Part shown: one piece after another, positions 48,815-63,103 of the stretch
Layout of the letters: each line of letters begins with the position of its first letter
How positions within the stretch are numbered: the stretch's first letter is position 1
Source: Lama glama
Taxonomy: Eukaryota
Direction of reading: 5' to 3'
Length of the DNA: 64,000 nt
Assembly (NCBI GenBank): GCA_028534125.1
Contig: CM052816.1
Span: 14,820,001 to 14,884,000 of the forward strand
Program-made: the position numbers and the translations under genes
Notes under the pieces: model-generated
The model's input: the letters and a program-made list of their open reading frames with translations, nothing else
What the model was told of the DNA's origin: nothing
The model's database searches: none

Positions 48815-50179
48815 CTATTCTTGGTAAATAAACCATCACTTGTGTACACCATTTCTTTTCCCTTTTCTGTTTTCCCCAAATAATAAAAGTCCAAACCCGC
48901 TGTTTTATTTGCAATGAAAATCTAGAAATTATCTAAAGCTTCCTGTACAATAAGCCTTATAATTTGTTTTTTCAAAGACGTGCTTTTTTGGTAAGAATTT
49001 TTCCTACCTCTTTTAAATTTTTGCATTATTTTTTCTCATAGCCCAATTTCAATACAGTGTATTGCATAAGGGACACATTTTTCCCTCCCAGAAACAAGGC
49101 TATACTTGAAGAATGAAAGAATAAGTAGATGAAAAGACAACGTCCAGGAAGGTAGAGGTCAGGGCTCCCGTCGCAACCTATGCAGAAAAAAGTTTTCTCA
49201 CGTGGATTGGCCCTTTAGAATCTGTGGCAACTTTTCAATTCCCTTGTAAGAAAATATCTACTGTTTGAGAGTTAGTCTCCTGTGCAGATGGACTTGGCAA
49301 AATGTGGTAATAGGTTTGAGAAGGACATTTGCTCATTAATCTTATTTAAGAAGATTTTAGGCCACAAGTTATATCTGTGATTGTCATGTTCACAGTGAGT
49401 CCTCAAACTCTAGAACAGCACCTTTCATAGAGTATCCACTGAAATAATTTTTCAGTGTTTAATGAATGCAGCAGCAAAGCCTAAAACAATGGGTGAATAA
49501 CCGATCCTAAAAATAAATGATAAAGTTGAGAAGACAGAAAAGGTAAACTGAAGCACTGCAAAAGCAGACAAGGTTTCAGTGATCCTTTCCACATTAGGAC
49601 ATATCCAGAAAGTATTGTTTTACTACTATTTATAAGTTTACCTTAGTCGCAATGTTAGAAATAACCAGTACAAGGAAATATTTCAGTAACTATATATTAA
49701 TTCAGTAATCTGTATATTATTATTGCATTTTTCAAAGTTTTCTTATTCATGACTACTTAGACTAATTTACTAATCTGAGAAAACTTGAGATAAAGCAGCA
49801 AGTACCCATTCTCTATATTATTACTCATATAATAATTAGTTTCTAGAAATCACCCATAAAGTTTGACCAGACAAAAAAGAATCCATTAACTATTCAGTTT
49901 TTAAATTCTCAGACTTTGAAGAGTAGATTAGAGGTATTTTTCACAATCCTCAAAGGACTCACAAACTGCTGGGAATTGGAAAGTAAAATAAAAGGCTTTG
50001 AAAAAAAATTGACTCACTTCTCAGAAATCTAGTCTCAAGAAATATGGAAAAGGTTCCATATACAAAAATGTTCATTATATTTTCCCAAAAAAAGTTCATT
50101 ACATTCCTTATTATTATAGTGACAAAGTAGAAAGGGTATAAAATCAATTATTTTAAAATGGTCAAGAAAACTAGTCTTT

Positions 50180-50445
50180 TTTTTTCTTTCTCCCCTCCCC
50201 TCAGCCCTTGGCAAACACTAACCTTTATTCTGTCACTGTGCATCTGTAATAGGATGTACGTATTCTGGGTGTTTCACACAAATGCAATCACATAATATGC
50301 AGCATTTTTGTGTCTGCCTTCATAATGTTTCCGTCAACGTTGTTGCATGTATCAGACTTTCATGCCTTTTTATGGATGAACAATAGTCCATTATATGGAC
50401 ACACCAAATTTTGTTTATTCATCCATTGACAGCCATTGAGGTTGA
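50180..50445 (-). mobile_element. Old L1 3'-end fragment
   Basis: cccctcccctcagcccttggcaaacactaacc...aatgcaatcacataatatg...atagtccattatatggacacacc...tttattcatccattgacag. Confidence 0.7.
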
Positions 50446-50998
50446 AGAAAACTATTCTTGACAGATTATGAAGTGGGAATAAAGACCCAAAATTAGTCAT
50501 TCAAATGTAAAACCTGGCAGTCTTTGCTACATGTGATAAGGCAAAACAGCACGAAGAGACTTAACCATTGGAAAGCTATATTTAAAATGCACATCACGGA
50601 AAAAGATAAATAGAATGTATTTGATGAAGATGAACAGAAACTTTAACTTAGGCAGAAACAACTCAATACAGTTATAAAGAGTAAAACTTGAAAAAAAAAG
50701 AGTATTACACATCAACTAAGTAATATTGCCCTATTACTAAGGGTGGTGATATCAAAGAAAATGCTGTCTTTAGCAAGATTTGTTAACCATACAGAAATGT
50801 CAACAGTACCAACTAAGAAATAGTAATTAGATAACTGCCAAGACTACTGAGCAATCAAGGAACCAATCCCCAACAATCCAATACACCTCCCTCTTCCACT
50901 ACCATCACTAGAAAAACGAACAAGGACCAAAACTAATCATGCACTATTGAGAATAAAACACAGTAGTCTAAAATTTAAGTAAGTCTGCAAAAACTCAC

Positions 50999-53152
50999 GT
51001 GATAGGGAAAAGAGGAATCATAAGCGATTTGGGAGTCTTCATTACTGGCACATACATCCATAGAAGGATCTTCATCTAGGAGATCCGTTGGAGGACCCGT
51101 TTCCGGGGCCACGTTGTGAAAATTAAATTTGGTATTTGCTGAATGTGAGGCAACGCACAGATTGTAGGAATAGGGCAATGTTCCCTCATAGTTGCAGGGA
51201 ACCCTCGGTCCAGACTTGGAACCGAGACCAGGCTTAAAGCAGCTCCAGACAGCGGGGAAGGAGCGTCGCAGGCGCAGTGCGATCATTAGAGTCACCGCGA
51301 GCAGGAAGAGCACGGAGATCAAAGCCAAGGCCACCACCAGGTAAAACTGCAGATCACCTTGGGGGTCAGAGGGCTCTGGGCGGTCACTGAGGTCAGGCAG
51401 CGCCTCCTGCAGGCTGTCCGCGAACNNNNNNNNNNNNNNNNNNNNNNNNNNNNNNNNNNNNNNNNNNNNNNNNNNNNNNNNNNNNNNNNNNNNNNNNNNN
51501 NNNNNNNNNNNNNNNNNNNNNNNNNTGGCGCTGAGCGCGGGCGAGCCGTGGTCGCGGGCCTGCAGCGTCAGCTCGAAGGCGCGCAGCTGCTCGTGGTCGA
51601 AGGCGCGCTGCGCGAACAGCACGCCGCTCTGCGCGCTCACGGACACGTAGGACGACAGCGCGCGCGGCTCCAGGTCGCTGGCCACGATGGAGTAGGACAC
51701 GTGGCCGTTGGGCCCCAGGTCGGGATCTGAGGCGCTGACTTGGGCGATGGAGGCTCCAGGGGGGTTGTTTTCTGCCACGTGGACGACATAGGAGGCCTGG
51801 TGGAAAGCTGGAGCGTTGTCATTGACGTCGCCAATGTGTAGGGTGACGCTCGTACTAGCTGATAGGGGAGGTTTGCCCTTGTCGGTGGCTGTGACGGTGA
51901 CATTGTACTCTGACCTGTGCTCCCGGTCTAGGGCACCGTCAATCACCAGCTTGTAATAATTCTTGGAGGTGGATTCTAATTTGAAGGGGACTTCTTCTTG
52001 AATATAGCATGTCACCAGGCCATTTTGCCCAGAATCCTGGTCTCGCACTTTAACGAGTGCTATTACGGTTCCAAGGTCTGAGTCCTCAGGAATTTGGCTA
52101 GAGAGGGACACGAATGTCACCTCTGGGGCATTGTCATTCTCATCAACAATTTCAATGTAAACATTACAGTGAGCTGTGTGTACCCCTCCATCCTTGGCTT
52201 CTATACCCAACATATACATGCTTGTCTCTTCAAAGTCCAAGGTACCATTGGTTGTGATTTTACCAGTATTTGGATTGAGAATGAAGAGGAGGCTGGTACT
52301 TGTTGGGGCATTGAGGAAGGCATAGGTGATTTCTGCATTAATGCCCTCATCCTGGTCAGTGGCCATTACCTGCAGCACGGAGGTTCCCCGGGACACATTT
52401 TCTTGGAGGCTAACCCTGTATGTGTCCTGACTGAACACTGGAGCATTATCATTGGCATCGGTAACCTGTATCCGGATCTGGGTAGTGCCGCTTAGAGGAG
52501 GGTCCCCACCATCCACAGCAGTCAGGGTTAAGTGGTGATAGCTCTGCTGTTCTCTGTCCAGAGGTTTTTCCAGCAGTAATTCTGGGTATTTACTTCCATC
52601 AGGACTTTCCTTCGTTGACAGAGAGAAGTAATCATTGGGGTTGATGGTATATATCTTCAGTGAGTTACTTTTTACATCTGCATCTTGTGCAGAATCCAGA
52701 GGGAATTTTACCCCTGGTAAGGCTGACTCGCAGATTTCCAAGTCAATGCCTTTTGCAATGAACCATGGTGCATTGTCATTAATGTCTTGAATCGCAACAA
52801 TCACATGGAAAATATTCATTGGGTTTTCAGTGACCATTTCAAATTCTAGTGCACACTCAGATTTCCTCCCGCAAATCTTCTCTCGATCTATCCTACCATT
52901 CACTAACAAATCCCCACTCTCTGTACTCACGTTGAAAAAATCCTCTGCACTAATCCGCAGTTTTCGAGCTGGCAACTCCTTGACGCTGAGCCTCAGATCC
53001 TTGGCCAGGTTCCCCACCCTTGAGCCCTTGGCCAACTCCTCTGGAATAGAGTACTGGATCTGCTGAGAGATGGCCCCACACAACAAAGACGGCACGAAGA
53101 GAAAGAGTACCTGACTTTTCATTGTTTCAGCTTTTCTGAAGCTCCTTAGCAT
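50999..53152 (-). CDS. PCDHGB1: Protocadherin gamma B1, variable exon (internal 100-N gap over the end of EC5 and EC6)
   Basis: M...MKSQVLFLF...CGAISQQIQYSIPEELAKGSRVG...DREKICGRKSECALEFE matches recalled GB1. TM QFYLVVALALISVLFL. Donor CAC|GTGAGT at 50999. Confidence 0.93.
51426..51525. other. Assembly gap (100 N)
   Basis: Run of N within the GB1 coding sequence. Confidence 0.99.
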
Positions 53153-53376
53153 TTCTTGAATTCTCTGGAAAGCTGATCTTCAAAATGCCTCAGGGATATT
53201 TAAAAAATCAATGACAGCACCCTGAACTTCTGTGATTTGAGGGTAGGACTTGACTGTTAGGCGCTTTAGGGTGCACAGGAGCCGAGTCTGCGTTCTGATA
53301 TGCACAAGACAGGACAAGGTAGAAAAACACTCTGCCCGTTTCTTCTGCAGAACTGAGAACCCTTATCTTCCCTCTG

Positions 53377-53416
53377 GTCAACAGCGGCGCCCAGAGGTTT
53401 TCTGGGAAAACTGCAT
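53377..53416 (-). promoter_or_regulatory. GB1 promoter CSE (CTCF site)
   Basis: gtcaACAGCGgcgcccagaggttttctgggaaaacTGCAt. Confidence 0.88.
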
Positions 53417-55001
53417 ATAGCCCAACTATTTCTCAAAGTATAAGCTCTTGAATCTATATATCTTGTCTTTTTACTTGTTGGAAAGAACAAACTATTCAAA
53501 CTTCCCATTTAATCTGATATTTTCTAGTTTTTTATCATCTTATAAGTGTTGCCATTATTTTATATTCTTCTCTTTTCATTGAAGATTTTTTGTAAGTCAT
53601 ACAATTTTTTTTTTCAGTTTTGGGGGCAAAAGTATCTTCAGTGATTCCAATGTATAAACACTGGCATGACTAGTGCAGATGTAACCAATTAGATTAGACC
53701 TAATCTTTGCAAAAAAGAGTTAGTCCAAGCCCTAGACTTATTTTAATGTATTGCTTATTATTTTAAAACATAGATAATCTTCCCACTAAGTATAAAGGAA
53801 ACTTATATTTTGTTAGAGACACCAGTCTAGTATTTGGACACACACACATGCTTTTATAAAACTGAATCTTGTGTAAGCCATATTTACTTTTATGAAACCA
53901 GTGCTTTACTATATGAATGTATACACAATATTCCTTAGTGCCAATTCTGAGCTCCAGTCTGTTTATACCATTATTAAATGAAGTGAGTTTGAGTTGATCA
54001 CTGGTAAATCCTGGAGAGGCATTGACACTTCTTGGACACTTCATTTTGAAACTTACCTGTAATCCCTGAACTGATCTTGGGTAACTAAAACAAATACTTT
54101 TATTTCAAATGCACTACCAAATTAGACACCAACTCAACAATTTATTCTATTATTTTGCAGTGCTAATCCATACTCATCTTATACTCCAGTCAAGACAGAC
54201 TGTTATGTTTTCCTAAGACATCCTTCCCTTGTTGTCCCAACTTCATAACTTTATACTTTCTGTTCCTTTTTCTAAAAACCCTCCTTCCTTTCTATTGTAA
54301 TGAATTCTTGCCCATCATTTAAAAAATTCTTTTTAGCAAAAATGGGATGTCTGAGACTCCTTATTATCTGTATTCTATATCCAACTAGATGTCATTGTAC
54401 TCTGTGCATTTTAACAATGTATAGATATGTAGCTACATTGTATATGGAATCCTTAGAAAATTATCTTTGGATGTCTAAAGTTCCCCTGGCACTAGCCATT
54501 TAATATTTTTTCTCATTACAAGGAAATTTATATTAATATTGTAAAGATTTTTCCTTAAAAATTATTCCAATGGTAACATGCTTTTTTTCTGTGATGCATT
54601 TGCATGCTTGAATGAGAATACACACTTCTCTGCTTTCAGTTATTTTGCTCAGGCCCTGTTGTCCCACATTTTTGAATGTACCTCTTCCTAATATATTGAG
54701 GGAGAGATGTGTTCCTCTGTTTGAGATCTAATGAAATATATTTTTGCCTAATTTTGGATGACTCTCTGATGCATCTTTATGGGTGAATGTAATTTCATAA
54801 ATTTCAAAATGGGCCAACAATTTCCAGCCCAAGAAAGTATTGTTGAAGTGGATGGCCTGGAAATCTCTAACAGAGGCTGAGACATATCTCCTTACATTTC
54901 AAAATCCTTCTCAAAGAAGAAGAAATGTCACTCCAAGGCTCAGAACAGTTTAGGCAATTGAGCTTCCCATGTTCAGACAAAAGGCTGGAATCCATATGAA
55001 T

Positions 55002-55027
55002 ACACACACACACACACACACACACAC
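55002..55027. repeat. (AC)n microsatellite
   Basis: Seen directly. Confidence 0.95.
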
Positions 55028-55194
55028 TTTAAGTATACATAATAGAGACTACATGCTAGGTAAAAGAATTTGACCAACCTCTATGTTTTTTTACCCTATC
55101 ATTTTTATGTCATCAGGTTGAAGAGAATTCAGTCTGGCTTGTAAGGAGTTAAGAATCACATTATAAGAGCCTAAGATACCATATATATATATAT

Positions 55195-55560
55195 CAGGAT
55201 AGGCTAGGTAGGCTGAAGTGATAAACTTCATTATAGGGACTTAAAATGAAAAAAGGCCTACATATCGCAGGTATACAGATCAATGCTGGGTCAACCAAGG
55301 CTCTTTTCTCATGGCAGTTATTCAAGGACCCAGGTAGAAGGCTCAGTCACAATTTCAAAGAGTAAGTCAGGGGTCTGACAATTCTCACAGTGGCAACTAG
55401 AGCTTCCTCCAGGAAGAGACTCATACATTTTCATTCACAATGTATAGGTCAGAACTATTTAATAGGCCCATCAGCCTTACCAGGCCAGGAAGTGCAGCCC
55501 CACCATAATTCCAGAAGATAAAAGGAACACATACTTAAACAGAACTAATGACTACCACAT
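55195..55560. mobile_element. Old MLT1-like (MaLR) LTR
   Basis: tcaggataggctagg...tcaaggacccaggtagaagg...ccaggaagtgcagccccacc...aacagaactaatgactaccaca. Confidence 0.55.
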
Positions 55561-55657
55561 TGCTTTTTTTTTTTCAAATAAAGGAGCATTAAAGCTTTAT
55601 AATAACCACACTGGCATAATTGTTTTTCATGATATTCAAAGAAAGAAACAAACTCAC

Positions 55658-58081
55658 CTGAAGTTGCTTGGGGTCTCCTTTCATTTCAAGTAAATCTTGA
55701 GATATCAAGAGAGGCTCACTTTTCTCGCAGCTCTTCTGGCTGATGAGCGTGTCCGCGTAGTTGGGCTGCGGGAAGATCACGTGACTCTTCCGCGAGTCCG
55801 CGGTGAGCGACACCTCGTGGGAATAGGTCTGCAGGAAAGCCCGCACTCCGTCCACGCCCACAAACTGAGAGGCGGGTACGCCCGCCAGTCCGCCTCCTGA
55901 AGCCTGCAGCACGCGCGACGTGTGCCAGCGCCTCAGCCTGAGCGCCAGCAGCACGATGACAAAGGCCAGGAAGACGCAAGAGACCGCAGCCACCGCCACC
56001 ACCAGGTACAGCGTGAGATCTGAAGCATCAGAGCCCTGTGGGACTTCCAGGCTGCCCAAGTCAGCCAGGACATCTGGGATGCTGTCAGCCACGGCCACCG
56101 TGAGCGTGACGGTGGCAGAGAGAGGGGGCTGCCCATGGTCCTGGACCGCCACCACCAGGCTCTGCTTGAGCGCATCTCTGTCCAGCAGGGCCCGCGCTGT
56201 GCGCACCTCGCCCGTGTGCAGCCCCACCGCGAAGAGCCCTGGCTCGCTGGCCTTGAGCAGGCGGTAGGACAGCCAGGCATTCTGGCCTGAGTCTCTGTCC
56301 ACTGCCACCACCTTAGTCACCAGGTAGCCAGGCTCTGCGGAACGGGGTGCCAGCTCCACGCCGGTGGAACCATCTGTAGGGAGAGCAGGGTACAGGATTT
56401 CGGGTGCATTGTCATTCTGGTCCATCACAAAGAGAGTCAGAGACACATTGCTGCTGAGTGGAGGGTTCCCACTGTCACTGGCTGTCACCAGTAGCTGCAG
56501 GTCTCTAACCTGTTCATAGTCAAAGGAATGCAAGGCGTACAGGACTCCAGTGTCGGAGTTGATGGAGACATAGGTGGAGACAGGCACCCCCTGGATGGTA
56601 TCCTCAGTCAGAGTGTAGGTGATTTGGGCATTCTCAATGCTGTCAGGGTCGTGGGCGGTCACAGAGAAGACAGAGGCTCCCCTCTGATTGTTTTCAGGAA
56701 TGTAGGCAGAATAGGAGGCATGAGTGAAGGTAGGTGGATTGTCATTGATGTCTGCCACATACAAGGTAATGTGAGTGTCCGTGGACAGTGGTGGACTTCC
56801 CCCATCTGTAGCTCTCAGAGTGATGTTATATTCAGACACCTGTTCACGGTCCAGGGGTCTTGCTGTCACTAAGCGGTAATACTGGTTTATTGATTTTTCT
56901 AAATGAAATGGCATATTTCCCAGAACAAAAATGGTGACTTGGCCATTTTGCTCAGAATCCCGGTCATGCACATTGATAAGGGCAATTTCCCATCCAGCGG
57001 TAGCCTCTTCTGGGACTGATTCTGTGAGAGAAGTGATTGTAACTTCTGGAGCATTGTCATTCACATCCAGAACTGTGACCAGAACCTTAGCTCTTGAAAG
57101 GAGACCTGGTCCATCTTGTGCTTCAATTTTAATTTCATAGGACATGGCATCCTCATAATCAAGACTTTTTAATATTGATAAATCTCCAGTCACTGAGTTG
57201 AGATCAAAAATTTGAGCGATCTTCCCAGGCATTTTATCTAGTATATAGGACACTTGAGCATTGAATCCCTCATCAGGGTCGGTGGCATTCACCGTGAGCA
57301 GCCGGGTGCCCACCGGCAAGTTCTCCTGAACACTTACTTGATACTCAGGCTGAGTAAATACTGGTGGATTGTCATTTGCATCCAGAACTACCACCTGAAT
57401 GCACAAATTGCTAGAGTGGACAGGATCACCACCATCAGAAGCAATAAGGACAAGCTGGTGAACTTTCTTTTCCTCTCGGTCCAGAGCCTGCTCCAGCACC
57501 AACTCTGGGTACTTGGCTCCATCAGAGACACTCTTCACAACCAGGGAAAAGTAGTCATTGGGGCTGAGCTGATAGTTCTGCAGAGAGTTCATGCCCACAT
57601 CTGGGTCAAATGCAGTCTTAAGTGAAAATCGAGTTCCAGGAGCCGTTAGTTCAGGAATTTTTATTTCTAATTCCTCTGTTAGAAAATCGGGAGCATTGTC
57701 ATTAATGTCTTCAATTTCTATTTCTATTTCAAAAATTTTCAGTTTGTCTTCAACCAGGATATTAAATTTTACTACACACCGCGCGCTCTGAGCGCAGAGC
57801 TCCTCCCGGTCTATCCTGCCCGCGGTGACCAAGCTGCCGCTTCGCGGATTCAGAGCAAAGAGCTGCGTCCTACCTCTGGAGACGATGCGGACTCCGCGCT
57901 CCACCAGCTCCCTGGGCTCCAGCCCCAGGTCCTTGGCGATGTTGCCCACGAAGGAGCCTTTGTCCAGCTCCTCTAGCACCGAGTAGCGGATCTGCCCGCA
58001 TCCGGTCTTGCACAGCGTCCCCAGAAGCGCGCACAGCAGGGCCAGTCCTCTGCCGTTTCTGAATCTCGGATGACTGGTCAT
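55658..58081 (-). CDS. PCDHGA3: Protocadherin gamma A3, variable exon (808 codons)
   Basis: [24 protein letters not shown]...[30 protein letters not shown] match recalled GA3. Donor CAG|GTGAGT at 55658. Confidence 0.95.
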
Positions 58082-58320
58082 TTCCCTTTTGGTGAATTAC
58101 TTTCTCTGAATTGGGTTCCAATTTTCCACGACGGACTTCAATCTTATTTTCTCAAGGACCTAAGCCTTTCATGGGCCTAATTTATAGGTCACAGAGCTGG
58201 CGGACTAAGAGGGTGAGCTCTGGAGCAGCCCCGGATCTTCTGAGTGTATTTTCCTGGTTCTTTGCTCTTTGGAAACAAGAAAATGGACTGGGTCTTAAGC
58301 GGCATTTTCCTCCTTGAGTG

Positions 58321-58359
58321 GTGAACAGCGACGCTCAGAGGCCTAACCGTTTACTGCAC
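58321..58359 (-). promoter_or_regulatory. GA3 promoter CSE (CTCF site)
   Basis: gtgaACAGCGacgctcagaggcctaaccgtttacTGCAc. Confidence 0.88.
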
Positions 58360-60439
58360 CCTCTCAGACAAATCCAAGTCAGTACTTTTTAAGTTTACCC
58401 GCTCCTGAAATCCTTTTTATCAGAGGTAATGGGATAGGTGTTTATTTCACCGCTATGTGTTAAACGATGTGACTTCAAGATATCTTCCTTGGGAAGCCAT
58501 GCACTAACATTAACGCCACTAAAAGTGTAAGTCATATTTATACATAATGCCTCTTGAAGTCTGTCTTTGATAGCCTGACATCTTAGTTTCAATATTTTCT
58601 ATTTAACCATTAAACAAACATCCAATTGAGTGTCTGACAATACCTGGGGATTTAAGGTGAATGATACGAACACAGCCACTTCCTTCACAGAATTATAAGG
58701 ATATAAAAGCAAACAAGGTATTACAGTGCATTGAGATAACCACGATAATGGGAGAAGCCAAGGGAAATGAGAAGGCCTCCAACCTGGCCTTGGAGGTTAG
58801 CAAAGGCTTTCCCAAGAAACATGAGAGGAGTGGATCAGGGATAAGGCTGTGAGAGAGAAATCACAGAACTTCAGGGTACTGAAAGTAGTCCACTTGGCCT
58901 AAATCTAGACTGTGAAGATGTTTTTAAGGACCAAAACTAAAAGTAGTAGAGGTAAATGTTTGTTTTATATTCCAGAAACCCTTTTCCTGTATTCATTTTC
59001 CTCTTCAAGCACAGAAATAGAAATATATTTGTCATTTCAATCATGATGTATTATATACCTATGCATAAGGCATTTATTCTTGTGAAGTTACTTACACACT
59101 AGAAGGAACTCTGTCTTCAGTTTCCCTCAACTTACCCTTTTTTATTTACTTTCAAATAAAGATTTATGATGTATTATTCTCAGTGAGTTCCAACTTCATC
59201 TCAAATAAAATTATGTAATAGTAATAACACAATGGAATACATTGTCTCAGATCAATTTCCCCCCAGATGCCCTTAAACAATAAAGAATCACAGCACTTTA
59301 AGTGATCATAATATCATTATAAACACAACTGAGTCAGTACATGATTATTTGCAAATGAAAAATTAAAAATGATCCCAGTTACATAGAATATTAGTGTATT
59401 CCTTGTTCTCTGTTATTAAATATATAACTAACACACTAAAACCCAACATGAGAAAAGGAATGGGGAAGGAAAACTGTAGTTGTGAGGGGGACTGATGTTG
59501 GTTGAGAAACTGGAAATATATTTAACAGCTGCTGTGAGTAGGAAAATTTAAGAGAGATGTATAAGAAGGATCTTCATGGGCAATTATTTGATGTGGCTTC
59601 TGAATCCCTTAAGGATATATATTATTTTTAAAGATAAAAAGGCAATATGGTTTCCACGTATGAGAGAAGTAAAAAGTAACAGCAAAGAGAAACATGTTTA
59701 CTATTATACTACCCATTTATTATAGAGCAAATGAGAACTCAATCACTTCTTAAAGGAACACAGAGCTACTTTAGAGGTTAAAGAGATTTTTAACTAAAAA
59801 GACATTACATGACATACCTTCCTGAAACATGGTGAAGCATACATATTTCTAAATTCGCATCTTTTAATAGGGAAGATCATACAAATTGAGAAAAATAAAG
59901 AATCTCATTGCCAAACTGAAAGAAAACTATTAAGAATGAGTTAGAAGAAAATAACCAACTAAAGTATTTCATTATTCATTAACAAATTTAAATATAAAAC
60001 GTAACAGCCTTAAATTTTAAAGAAGGAAGGCATTTGAGTAAACATAAAATTTAACCTTCATATTTCTAAGAAAAAAAGAACTGTTGATCCAGGTGGATGC
60101 AACGATTTGCTCAGGGATGAGAAAGAAAGCATGAGAACCAGACACCCCAGTTCCTAAGGTAGTGCTCTTTCCATAACCCAAATATCAACTTTGCCTACTA
60201 ACTCCTCATTTATACTCATTACACAATGATTCTAGCCCCCACTTCCTTGTTACAGGGTGTGAACACTTAGAACCACTGAGAGATAATTCATCGGAACTAA
60301 TTTCCTAAAAATTGAATATATCCATAAAGAAATATGAGAAATAGAAGAGATCTGGTAAATTGTGGAGACAGCTAAATGATTAAGCAAATGTATTTATTTT
60401 AGAAAAACAGCTCACAGGTATATTGCGATGAGAATTTAC

Positions 60440-62860
60440 CTGAGAAAGTGTTTCTTCTTTATCTTCAGGTAGAACTTGAGGGTCTGAAAGAAAATCCTTT
60501 TTCTCACAGCTCTCCTGGCTGATGAGCGTGTCCGCGTAGTTGGGCTGCGGGAAGATCACGTGACTCTTCCGCGAATCCGCGGTGAGCGACACCTCGTGGG
60601 AGTAGGTCTGCAGGAAAGCCCGCACCCCGTCCACGCCCACGAATTGAGAGGCGGGTACGCCTGCCAGTCTGCCTCCTGAAGCCTGAAGCAGACGCGAAGT
60701 GTGCCAGCGCCTCAGCCTGAGCGCCAGCAGCACGATGACAAAGGCCAGGAAGACGCAAGAGACCGCCGCCACCGCCACCACCAGGTACAACGTGAGGTCA
60801 GAAGCCTCTGGGTGTGCGGGGACCTCGAGACTGCCCAGGTCGGCCAGGACGTCTGGGATGCTGTCAGCCACGGCCACCGTGAGCGTGACGGTGGCAGAGA
60901 GAGGGGGCTGCCCATGATCCTGGACCGCCACCACCAGGCTCTGCTTGAGCGCATCTCTGTCCAGCAGGGCCCGCGCTGTGCGCACCTCTCCCGTGTGCAG
61001 CCCCACCGCGAAGAGCCCTGGCTCGCTGGCCTTGAGCAGGCGGTAGGAGAGCCAGGCGTTCTGGCCTGAGTCTCTGTCCACTGCCACCACCTTGGTCACC
61101 AGGTAGCCGGGCTCTGCAGAGCGGGGTGCCAGCTCCACGCCCGTGGAACCATCTGTAGGGAGGGCGGGGTACAGAATTTCTGGTGCATTGTCATTCTGGT
61201 CCAGCACGAACAGGCTCAGAGACACATTACTGCTCAGTGGTGGGTTCCCGCTGTCCCGTGCTGTCACATACAGCTGCAGTTCACGGAACTGCTCATAGTC
61301 AAAGGAACGCAGAGCATAGAGGACACCGGTGTCAGAGTTGATGGAGATGTAGGAGGAGAGTGGTGCCCCCTGAAGGGTGTCCTCAGCCAAGTTATAAGTT
61401 ACATGGGCATTGTCATCGCTGTCTGGATCATAGGCCATCATGGAAAAGATGGAGGTGCCTCTGAGGTTGTTTTCAGGAATGTAGGCAGAATAGGATGTGT
61501 GGGGAAAGGTGGGCGGGTTATCGTTGATGTCTGCCACCTGCAGCAAAATGTGAGCATCTGTGGACAGAGATGGGTTCCCTCCATCTTTAGCAGTCACAGT
61601 GATGTTATAAGAGGAAATTTGTTCCCTGTCAAGGACTCTGGTTGTAACGAGTCGGTGGTAATTGTCCACTGACCTTTCTAACTTGAAAGGAAGGTTCTCT
61701 GGGAGTGAACATGTGATAAAAGCATTCTGCCCAGAGTCTCTGTCGTGTACATTGAAAAGTGCAATTATGGTTCCTGGAGGAGAGTCTTCAGGAACTGAGC
61801 TGGTAGCAGAGGTCATGTAAAATTCTGGGGCATTGTCATTCACATCCAGAACTGTAACAATGACCTTCGTTCTGCTCAAAAGGCCTGGGCCATCCTGAGC
61901 TTCAATATCAATTTCATGGAATTTGGCATCCTCATAATCTAGACTTTTTGTGATTGTTATTTCTCCAGACGTTGATTTAAGCTCAAATATCTCTGAGGTT
62001 TCTTCAGGGTTTTTCTCCAGAAAATATGCCACTTGGGCGTTGTACCCCTCATCTGCATCAGTGGCGGTCACTTTGAGTATCTGGGTGCCTACAGGCATAT
62101 TCTCTGGAACACTTACACGGTACTCTGGCTGTGTAAAGACAGGCGCATTGTCGTTTACATCCTGGACCACCACGCGGATGCGGGAGGTGCCAGATCTGAT
62201 AGGGTCGCCCCCGTCCAAAGCCACAAGAATGAGGTGGTGAACGGCCTCTTCCTCACGGTCAAGGGAGCGTTCCAGCACCAGCTCCGGGTACTTGTTCCCA
62301 TCCATTCCTCTTCGCACGTCCAGGGAGAAGTGGTCATTTGAATTAAGTTCGTACTTTTGGAGGGTGTTCTCTCCTACATCCGCATCGTGAGCGCTCTTAA
62401 GAGGGATGCGGAATCCTGGCGTAGTCGTTTCACTGATTTTTAGCTCCAGTTCCTCTACTCCAAAGCGAGGGACATTATCGTTAATATCTGTTATTTCCAC
62501 CTCTACTGAATAAATACTCAGTTTATCTTCCAGGAGTATGTTAAAGTTCACCAAACACCGAGCGCTCTGCGCACAGAGCTCCTCCCGGTCTATCCTCCCC
62601 GCGGTAACCAAGCTGCCGCTTCGCGGGTTCAGAGCAAAGAGCTGCGTCCTACCTCTGGAGACGATGCGGATTCCGCGCTCCGTCAAGTCCTGGGGATCCA
62701 AACCCAAGTCTTTAGCTATATTTCCCACGAAAGAGCCTTTTTCGAGCTCTTCTGGCACAGAATAGCGCATCTGCCCATCTCCAGACTCCCACAGGGCCGC
62801 CAAAAGAAGGCACAGCAGGACAAGCCTTCCGCGGTTTGGCAACTTGAGCAGAGCCGCCAT
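60440..62860 (-). CDS. PCDHGA2: Protocadherin gamma A2, variable exon (807 codons)
   Basis: MAALLKLP...[47 protein letters not shown] match recalled GA2. Donor CAG|GTAAAT at 60440. Confidence 0.95.
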
Positions 62861-63103
62861 TTCTTGAGCTGCAATCTTTTCTCCCAGGGAACTTCCAGCA
62901 CCCAGTGCAGGATTCCTATCTTTATTCTTCAGGGTCTGAGGTGACCAGCATTGACGGGACCCAGGTCACTGTGGAGAGAACTAATGGGCTGCTGGACTGA
63001 ATGTCTTTGCCTCCCGGAAGCTTGCCGGCCAAATGCCCAGCCCTTTGTGTTTTGGGGGCCGTAATGTTTGGATTGGATGGCTCGCAGGCTTACTTCTTAG
63101 GTG

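Noticed and set aside
50993..51001. Atypical GB1 donor CAC|GTGAGT as a sign of pseudogenisation
   Set aside because: The intronic GTGAGT is consensus and the phase is 0; I recall the human GB1 exon also ending in His.
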